Below, piece after piece: positions 56,750-64,000 of a stretch of 64,000 nt of DNA (its first letter is position 1; every line of letters begins with the position of its first letter). This DNA comes from TPA_inf: Saccharomyces (lineage: Eukaryota), in assembly GCA_000146045.2 (NCBI GenBank), contig BK006945.2, positions 704,001 through 768,000 of the forward strand, given 5' to 3'. The notes under the pieces are model-generated. The model saw nothing but the letters and a program-made list of their open reading frames with translations. It was not told where the DNA came from and did not search any database. The translations under genes were made by a program, and so were the position numbers.

Positions 56750-58342
56750 TCAAAATGCCCTGCCTGCCATAGGAAGAACAACCATTGATTTACTCTCAAC
56801 AAATTCGACGAGGTTATTTATGTTAGCGTTGTGCGTGGTTGAGTTGACATCAGAATTATTCAAGTTTTCTTCTGAAGTAGATATTCTTAATCCAAGACCA
56901 GAGTTGGGAGCAAATTTCTGCACTTTCTCTCTGAATTTCCTCATTTTGGTCACGGTTGGCGAGTAAAGTACGTCTGCAGCTGGCGGAATATTTGCATACG
57001 GCTTCGCCGTTTCTGCCACTGGTTTAGTGATAACTTTCTTCGGAGGTGATGCCTGATAATCCTGCCGAAATTTACCAATTAGCGGCAATGTGTTACCTTG
57101 AGGACTTGGACTTCTCGAGTTCGAGACAACTTTCAGAGGCAAACCTTCTCGCGGAGATGGCTCACTCGTAATTCTTGAAGAATTCTTAGTGTTTTTTAAC
57201 GGCGACACAGACGCTAAGTTTGTTTCTCCAGATGTATTATTTCGTACCTTCCCACTCTCTCGAATAGAAGATTCAGATTTTTCTATGATGGAAATTGATG
57301 GCGATGCTACAACCACTGGCATGTCCGATTTTTTTGTAATGGGCTTACCAGAGGATGGAAAACTAACAGCAGTACTACCGCTATCACCCAGAGATGATAT
57401 ATCCTTACCGTTTTTCTCATTTTTCACTTTTTCAATAATCTTCAACGGTTTCATACCTGCCTCGATATCACTGAGTTCTCCTTCATTGCGTGATATATCA
57501 TCACGTGAGGTGGATTTGATCTTCACAATCTGAGCAATATTGCAGAACGCAAAAATCACTTCCGAAATAGATGATTGAGCTACAATTCGTGGTATTAGGT
57601 CCCCATATGTGAGAAAATATCTTGTTGAAGTGATAGCATGAGATAAAGCACTCTTTAAGTATACTATTTCGTTTTCTAAAGAACTTTGCAGTGAAACTGA
57701 TGATAGGACAGGTAAGAGATCGCCTATCAACTTTGCTATCTTAATTATAGTCTCAAGCAGAATCGGCAGGCGTGTGGTGGTGGTATCCACAGGATCAATT
57801 CGATGGAGCGTGTTTTGAAAATAAAGTGTAAATTGAGTTTTTAATTCTCGGAAGACTTCAATGGATATAATACCATTCACGCTCATAAAATCATCGTTTA
57901 TTTTGAAGGATTCAAATAATGTGTCATTTAAATAGAAATTTAGATCACCCTCGTCTAACCCATTGTTATGCGTCCCCATATCCAAATGATGTAAGTTTCT
58001 CCTTTCAATTTCCGTGAAAATATCAAGAATCAATTTATGGAACTTCGCGTCCTTCAATCGAGACAGTTTAGATTGTGCTTTACCTCTTTTCAGATCAAGA
58101 TCATTTAGTGATGCATCCGCACCCGAATCTGTCAATCTTTTCATCAATTCATCGTTGACATCAGTCGTCAGTTGCCAAAATTGTACATTCGACAATTTTG
58201 TCAGGTCTTTATTTCTATTTTGGCGGTTTTGGTTCCTTCTTCTATCATCTTCTGGTACAGAGGCCTCTATAATTCTTTTGAAATTCTTATAATCCGATAT
58301 AAGGTCTATGATTTGATCATTCGTTAATTCTGAGCTAATCAT
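56750..58342 (-). CDS. SPH1: Spa2-homolog polarisome protein. The 530-aa reading frame stops here, with an abutting out-of-frame 132-codon ORF (56355-56753) downstream
   Basis: N-terminal Spa2-homology domain (MISSELTNDQIIDLISDYKNFKRIIEASVPEDDRRRNQNRQNRNKDLTKLSNVQFWQLTTDVNDELMKRLTD). The ORF ends ...VVLPMAGRAF*. The next ORF on the same strand begins 4 nt before that stop, in the frame one step along. Confidence 0.85.
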   Translation of the reverse strand: MISSELTNDQIIDLISDYKNFKRIIEASVPEDDRRRNQNRQNRNKDLTKLSNVQFWQLTTDVNDELMKRLTDSGADASLNDLDLKRGKAQSKLSRLKDAKFHKLILDIFTEIERRNLHHLDMGTHNNGLDEGDLNFYLNDTLFESFKINDDFMSVNGIISIEVFRELKTQFTLYFQNTLHRIDPVDTTTTRLPILLETIIKIAKLIGDLLPVLSSVSLQSSLENEIVYLKSALSHAITSTRYFLTYGDLIPRIVAQSSISEVIFAFCNIAQIVKIKSTSRDDISRNEGELSDIEAGMKPLKIIEKVKNEKNGKDISSLGDSGSTAVSFPSSGKPITKKSDMPVVVASPSISIIEKSESSIRESGKVRNNTSGETNLASVSPLKNTKNSSRITSEPSPREGLPLKVVSNSRSPSPQGNTLPLIGKFRQDYQASPPKKVITKPVAETAKPYANIPPAADVLYSPTVTKMRKFREKVQKFAPNSGLGLRISTSEENLNNSDVNSTTHNANINNLVEFVESKSMVVLPMAGRAF

Positions 58343-58574
58343 TCTTTTTATTTCGTTATGGCCACATTATGATATTCTTTTACTTTACTGTTTTAATTTT
58401 ATATTCTGCGATTCAAATCATAACAGATATTTAGTTGAATAACTCTGTTTTTCTTCATTTCCATTTTTTTCTATTTACCCTTCTTCTTTTTATTTTACGC
58501 GTCTCGCGTTTTATATATTAATAGTAATAATATTTAATAGTGTATGTTTGAAATTTTTATATGTCTTTATTTCG

Positions 58575-60137
58575 CTAACGTAAAAATCCCTTCTTCTTTG
58601 TAGGGACGGGGGAGTGGTTAACATTGGGAGAAGCACTATTTATTGAAAGTTCTAGCTGTTTTTTCTTGTCCTCCAAAGCTTTTAATTGTTTAGTTAATTT
58701 TTCCTTCATTTCTTTATGTCTAGCAAACAATTCAGTTTCTGATTTTTGTAGTTTTTTCTCCTTTTCGGAAACTTTTTGTTGGAAAACTGTTTTCATTTCA
58801 ATTTCTAGTTTGGCTAGTTTTGCCTCATGTAAAGTTTTTTCTTCTTGTTGTTTAGATATTGGATCGAACTCTTTGAAAACTGAATTATCTTGCTTAATAC
58901 CAAGTTTTGCCAATTTAGAAGACCTGTAGTTTTCGTATAGTATCTTGCTTGTCCTTTCCTTTAATTCCTCCATGAATTGCTTGATCAATAAATTTTTCAA
59001 AAGGTTGAAATCAGAGTGGTTGTCATTGTCCACTTCGATCACCCCCCATGGATAGGAACGGCCTCTCACTTGATTACCACTGTAGTTCTCTACAATATCG
59101 TTGGAACCAATAACAGCATAAGGTAAACTACTAAATAGTCTTTCGGATAAATGGCTATTTTCTGCATCATCGTTGGAATAAATTGGAGGCTTGAACAGCT
59201 CGATATTAGATTGGATTAACTGGTTCATAATGGTCTTCTTGAAACTTAAGATCTCTTCATCAGTTAAGATGTCAGATTTAGCAATGACAGGAATCAAGTT
59301 ACATTTTTCATATACAGATTGCATAAACTTCAGGTCCAGGGGCTTTAAGTAATGTCCTGTAGGTTCAATGAAATAAAGACATGCATGGATTCTTTTATCG
59401 TTTATTGAATGTCTGTTGATTTTGTTCTCCGCATCCAAGTATTGATCAAAACGAGAGTCAATCTCCTTAATGATCGGGTCCCATGATTTTTGATCATTAT
59501 TTAAAAAATCACCAAATCCTTCAGTATCGATCACGTTCAAATTCAGTTTAACACCATTTTCTTCAATAACCGACTCATATGACTTAATTTTGACCTTGTG
59601 CCTTTGTTCTTGTGATTGGTTCTCGTGACCCTCGCCCTGACCCTCCTCTTCTTCCTGATCATTTGCAAGTTCCTCCTCGTAATCTTTCACTAAATTGGCC
59701 TCAATATCATCATTATTAAATAAAGTTTTCATTAAAGTTGTCTTACCAATACCATCAGGGCCGACACATAGGAGATTGAAACTGAATCCGTTCTTTATGG
59801 ACCTTCTGTGCCATTGCTTGGGCAAATTAGCAAACCCTACATAACCATTGATTTGACGACGAATGAACTTAATCTCCGGTTGGTCAGGCAGAACTTGACC
59901 CTTTTCGCTCTGAGAGGAGGTGATGCCCATACCGAGGCCGGGTTCCACCTTTACATCGGATTCAGCTGCCTCAAATCTCTCGCTGTCGTCATTTTGCGTA
60001 CCGTTCGTGTACTGCGAGTCCACTCCATCATGATCCTGCGACTCTTGTTTGATCTGAACATCATTGAATTGATCATGCTGACGCTCTTCTTGTTCCGGGT
60101 CCTGCTTAATGGACACTTGTTCCTCCTTTAAACTCAT
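58575..60137 (-). CDS. CDC3: Septin
   Basis: 520 aa. Septin GTPase motifs (GPDGIGKTT, DTEGFGD) and a C-terminal coiled coil. Confidence 0.96.
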   Translation of the reverse strand: MSLKEEQVSIKQDPEQEERQHDQFNDVQIKQESQDHDGVDSQYTNGTQNDDSERFEAAESDVKVEPGLGMGITSSQSEKGQVLPDQPEIKFIRRQINGYVGFANLPKQWHRRSIKNGFSFNLLCVGPDGIGKTTLMKTLFNNDDIEANLVKDYEEELANDQEEEEGQGEGHENQSQEQRHKVKIKSYESVIEENGVKLNLNVIDTEGFGDFLNNDQKSWDPIIKEIDSRFDQYLDAENKINRHSINDKRIHACLYFIEPTGHYLKPLDLKFMQSVYEKCNLIPVIAKSDILTDEEILSFKKTIMNQLIQSNIELFKPPIYSNDDAENSHLSERLFSSLPYAVIGSNDIVENYSGNQVRGRSYPWGVIEVDNDNHSDFNLLKNLLIKQFMEELKERTSKILYENYRSSKLAKLGIKQDNSVFKEFDPISKQQEEKTLHEAKLAKLEIEMKTVFQQKVSEKEKKLQKSETELFARHKEMKEKLTKQLKALEDKKKQLELSINSASPNVNHSPVPTKKKGFLR

Positions 60138-60807
60138 GGCAACGTATTATAGGCCGATGTAATCGTTCAGTTGTCGTGTGATCCTGGATTTGATATTTTC
60201 TTGATCTGCTTTCCTCGAGAGATTTTAACTTAATACACAAAACAACACAAAACGCAATTCCTAAAACCGAGACAAAAAATGGCAAAAAATGGGAAGCGAA
60301 AACACGCCCCCACCATATCATTACACACGTAGATCATAAAAGACGAAAATACTAAATTAGCCGCCCAGGTGGTTCCTTTTTACGAAAGGAAGGAAGGAGA
60401 AATCTAGAGGTGCTGCTATATATGTTTGCAAGGTGCGAGAATATTCTGTCACAATTATCAAGCAGCAAGTTATATAAAGTTGTTTCTCACAGCTTCTTGC
60501 ACTCCCTTGCGGTGCCTTTCCTGCACCACTAGTGTAACTGCTGATGTCTTCCATTTGATGTCAGAATCGATTTCTTGTTACGCCACGAACAGTTAATATA
60601 TAGAATTAAAGGAATGATCTTGTACAACTACAAGATAACAATAGATTAACAGCCAATATTACCGTCGCCGCTGCCCGCTTCGCGGAGAAACAGCGAAAAA
60701 CAACGAAGATCGTTCTCGAAAAAGCCCAAAAGCTGGGTATAACGCAACAAAATAATCATAGATTTGACAATTGTGCTCCCAATCTTGCTTTGAAATTACC
60801 ATTATAA

Positions 60808-61269
60808 ATGAACTCTGAACAGCTGCTGCATAACTATGTTTCGGATTCGCTACTCACTACTCTGATAAGTTTTCAAGAGTTCAAGCAGCAACTACAGTCG
60901 TACACGAGCGACGAGCAACAACTGCAACATTGGTACGAATTGCTTCAGGCCAGGGATGCGCGAGTGACCTCTGAGTTAGAAGCACGAATCAAGCAGTTTT
61001 TCATAACGTTGCGCTCTAGATTACTGCGATTTCTGGAAAGCGAGCAACTATCACACTCCCTTAGCCTCGAGACACTGATCGACGCGCTGTACAAGATTAA
61101 TGACCTGTTGCAACAGCGTTTGCAGATTCTGGATGATGCTATTCAGGAAAAGACCTCGGAACTAGCAGAATTTGAAAATATGGTTCGCTCACCGAGTGCA
61201 GGAGACAATGCCATTCCTGGCCTATTACAAATTATACAATCTTATATTAATCTATTAGAGGAAAACTAG
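60808..61269 (+). CDS. NKP2: Non-essential kinetochore protein
   Basis: 153 aa, ATG start, all-helical. Its stop overlaps the TAD3 stop region (convergent, 4-bp overlap). Confidence 0.85.
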   Translation: MNSEQLLHNYVSDSLLTTLISFQEFKQQLQSYTSDEQQLQHWYELLQARDARVTSELEARIKQFFITLRSRLLRFLESEQLSHSLSLETLIDALYKINDLLQQRLQILDDAIQEKTSELAEFENMVRSPSAGDNAIPGLLQIIQSYINLLEEN

Positions 61270-62358
61270 CAGCAGACATCCCGGTCAACCTGCCCCACAG
61301 GATATTCCTCGCCGATCCATTGAAAGGCTTCGTATGTTGAGTTTAGCTGTTTGTTATCGTTCATGCAGTACCCGTCACCACTCGTTAATTTTAAGCTCCC
61401 GGTGCGCTGCATCTCTGTAAGGAAGACCACTCGTCTCACACGAGAATGGATCAGGGCCATGGAGCACATTGAGCACGGCTCATGGGTCAAATAGACGTCG
61501 TAATCAAGACACAGATAAGAGTTTGCGTCTTCGTCTACACCCTCCCTGAGTCTTTCGCCTACCGCACGGATGCCCACCATTACACTGTGGTCGATGGGTA
61601 GCGAGTTTTCGCAGTTTCTGCCATCTTCTGCCACCACTTTGTCCTTCTTTCTTGATGGGTCAACAAAGACGCTCACCATTGGAAACTGTTTTCCTGCCGT
61701 TGCCATCTTCACAGACAACGTCGACGCACGCGATAGCTCATTTCGTACTTCCTGCATGTCTATTTTATAGTCGTTCAATATTTGATCATTGGGGTTGCCG
61801 TTCCAAATCAACGGCCAGTACTTCACAGACCAGGCATTGTTCAGTTCCTTTGTGCTGGGCGCAAACTCAGGCACTTCGATATCATCACTCAGTTCATACT
61901 TTTTCGTTCCAACCCAAATACTCTTCAATTTATTGTTTATTTCACCTTCGTCGCAAATATACTCTTTCGAACACAACACCACTTCCAAGGTGGAGGTCTC
62001 GATGTCCTTGCGGATCCTTTTCAAATGTCTCAATGAAACAGGGTCATTTTTCTGAAAATCGTTTCGAATTAGCCTACTTTACTAGTTAGTTTACTTCCAT
62101 GAATACAAAAGCAAAAATCATATACATACTCTATTACTTTCTTCGAGTCTCTTGGATCTATTCTTATACTCCATACATTGACTGCACTTATATATGTTTG
62201 AAAGTTAGTTAATTGATCCTGATTTCTGTTAGATCTCATAGATACATACTTAGTTTGGGCGTATTTACATCTTTGAAATTTCTAATTTGCAGAAGCCGAT
62301 TTTCTATTATCCCGTTCTGATAATCGATTTTTAGCGGATTATTAACTTTCTTAACCAT
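61266..62358 (-). CDS. TAD3: tRNA A34 deaminase subunit. Three exons: 62250-62358, 62130-62181, 61266-62073
   Basis: Exon 1 (ATG 62356-62358) encodes MVKKVNNPLKIDYQNGIIENRLLQIRNFKDVNTPKL. Intron 1 is 62182-62249: GTATGT ... AACTAAC ... tgcag. Exon 2 (52 nt) encodes INVWSIRIDPRDSKKVI(E). Intron 2 is 62074-62129 (56 nt): GTATGT ... ACTAAC ... aaagtag. Exon 3 continues (E)LIRNDFQKNDPVSLRHLKRIRKD... with a CDA-type zinc motif (HEPCSMCSMAL). Total is 969 nt, 322 aa. Confidence 0.85.
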
Positions 62359-62503
62359 AACTAACACGCCCTCATGAATATTATCCTTCTGAGGTTTGAA
62401 TAATATATACCTTTAGATGAGCTATTGGTGATTCGCATTTAGGAATGAAAAAAAGTAAAGCATGGCAATGAATGACACAAGTGAAATAGAAAAGTGAAAA
62501 ATT

Positions 62504-62528
62504 AAAAAAAAAAAAAAAAAAAAAAAAA
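62504..62528. repeat. 25-nt poly(dA:dT) tract in the TAD3/EST2 divergent promoter
   Basis: Uninterrupted A25. Likely a nucleosome-excluding promoter element. A similar A20 tract lies at 139-158. Confidence 0.9.
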
Positions 62529-62541
62529 CTGATTTATACTC

Positions 62542-64000
62542 ATGAAAATCTTATTCGAGTTCATTCAAGACAAGCTTGACATTGATCTACAGACCAACAG
62601 TACTTACAAAGAAAATTTAAAATGTGGTCACTTCAATGGCCTCGATGAAATTCTAACTACGTGTTTCGCACTACCAAATTCAAGAAAAATAGCATTACCA
62701 TGCCTTCCTGGTGACTTAAGCCACAAAGCAGTCATTGATCACTGCATCATTTACCTGTTGACGGGCGAATTATACAACAACGTACTAACATTTGGCTATA
62801 AAATAGCTAGAAATGAAGATGTCAACAATAGTCTTTTTTGCCATTCTGCAAATGTTAACGTTACGTTACTGAAAGGCGCTGCTTGGAAAATGTTCCACAG
62901 TTTGGTCGGTACATACGCATTCGTTGATTTATTGATCAATTATACAGTAATTCAATTTAATGGGCAGTTTTTCACTCAAATCGTGGGTAACAGATGTAAC
63001 GAACCTCATCTGCCGCCCAAATGGGCTCAACGATCATCCTCATCATCCGCAACTGCTGCGCAAATCAAACAACTTACAGAACCAGTGACAAATAAACAAT
63101 TCTTACACAAGCTCAATATAAATTCCTCTTCTTTTTTTCCTTATAGCAAGATCCTTCCTTCATCATCATCTATCAAAAAGCTAACTGACTTGAGAGAAGC
63201 TATTTTTCCCACAAATTTGGTTAAAATTCCTCAGAGACTAAAGGTACGAATTAATTTGACGCTGCAAAAGCTATTAAAGAGACATAAGCGTTTGAATTAC
63301 GTTTCTATTTTGAATAGTATTTGCCCACCATTGGAAGGGACCGTATTGGACTTGTCGCATTTGAGTAGGCAATCACCAAAGGAACGAGTCTTGAAATTTA
63401 TCATTGTTATTTTACAGAAGTTATTACCCCAAGAAATGTTTGGCTCAAAGAAAAATAAAGGAAAAATTATCAAGAATCTAAATCTTTTATTAAGTTTACC
63501 CTTAAATGGCTATTTACCATTTGATAGTTTGTTGAAAAAGTTAAGATTAAAGGATTTTCGGTGGTTGTTCATTTCTGATATTTGGTTCACCAAGCACAAT
63601 TTTGAAAACTTGAATCAATTGGCGATTTGTTTCATTTCCTGGCTATTTAGACAACTAATTCCCAAAATTATACAGACTTTTTTTTACTGCACCGAAATAT
63701 CTTCTACAGTGACAATTGTTTACTTTAGACATGATACTTGGAATAAACTTATCACCCCTTTTATCGTAGAATATTTTAAGACGTACTTAGTCGAAAACAA
63801 CGTATGTAGAAACCATAATAGTTACACGTTGTCCAATTTCAATCATAGCAAAATGAGGATTATACCAAAAAAAAGTAATAATGAGTTCAGGATTATTGCC
63901 ATCCCATGCAGAGGGGCAGACGAAGAAGAATTCACAATTTATAAGGAGAATCACAAAAATGCTATCCAGCCCACTCAAAAAATTTTAGAATACCTAAGAA
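62542..64000 (+). CDS. EST2: Telomerase reverse transcriptase, 5' partial (N-terminal TEN/TRBD region; runs off the window)
   Basis: ATG at 62542. The frame stays open to the window end (about 486 codons): MKILFEFIQDKLDIDLQTNSTYKENLKCGHFNGLDEILTTCFALPNSRK... It is absent from the ORF track because no stop falls in the window. Confidence 0.9.
   Translation, partial: MKILFEFIQDKLDIDLQTNSTYKENLKCGHFNGLDEILTTCFALPNSRKIALPCLPGDLSHKAVIDHCIIYLLTGELYNNVLTFGYKIARNEDVNNSLFCHSANVNVTLLKGAAWKMFHSLVGTYAFVDLLINYTVIQFNGQFFTQIVGNRCNEPHLPPKWAQRSSSSSATAAQIKQLTEPVTNKQFLHKLNINSSSFFPYSKILPSSSSIKKLTDLREAIFPTNLVKIPQRLKVRINLTLQKLLKRHKRLNYVSILNSICPPLEGTVLDLSHLSRQSPKERVLKFIIVILQKLLPQEMFGSKKNKGKIIKNLNLLLSLPLNGYLPFDSLLKKLRLKDFRWLFISDIWFTKHNFENLNQLAICFISWLFRQLIPKIIQTFFYCTEISSTVTIVYFRHDTWNKLITPFIVEYFKTYLVENNVCRNHNSYTLSNFNHSKMRIIPKKSNNEFRIIAIPCRGADEEEFTIYKENHKNAIQPTQKILEYLR

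Overview
The window is a gene-dense nuclear segment of Saccharomyces cerevisiae. Gene order and protein lengths match the right arm of chromosome XII (YLR281C through the 5' part of EST2/YLR318W), probably about chrXII 704-768 kb in S288C. That placement is inferred from recognising the encoded proteins, not from a database search. I recognise about 40 protein-coding genes on both strands: CTS1, MEC3, GUF1, GCD7, SEC72, GSP1, ATP14, YHC1, ECM38, EXG1, HRI1, MET17, ACO1, STT4, UBC12, CDA1, CDA2, IMH1, CDC25, ATG39, MRPL15, SPH1, CDC3, NKP2, TAD3 and others. Three genes contain spliceosomal introns (RPS30A, UBC12, TAD3). RPS30A and UBC12 each have a first exon consisting only of ATG. Two intron-containing tRNA-type Pol III genes, tRNA-Leu(UAG) and tRNA-Ile(AAU), bracket MET17, each with a solo Ty delta LTR just upstream. 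Recognisable promoter motifs are present for CTS1 (Ace2/Swi5), MET17 (Cbf1, Met31/32), ACO1 (HAP box, RTG R-box), RPS30A (Rap1) and CDA1/CDA2 (MSE). The supplied ORF track uses non-ATG starts (TTG/GTG), so several of its ORFs carry false N-terminal extensions; true ATG starts are given below. There are no CRISPR arrays, no prokaryotic-style operons, and nothing that looks like an undescribed multi-gene system. The most notable local oddities are SPH1 split from an abutting out-of-frame ORF by one frame step, the Ty/tRNA insertion hotspot around MET17, the ATG-only first exons, the TAD3 micro-exon, minisatellite repeats inside CTS1, and a canonical G-quadruplex motif inside a rare GC-rich island.
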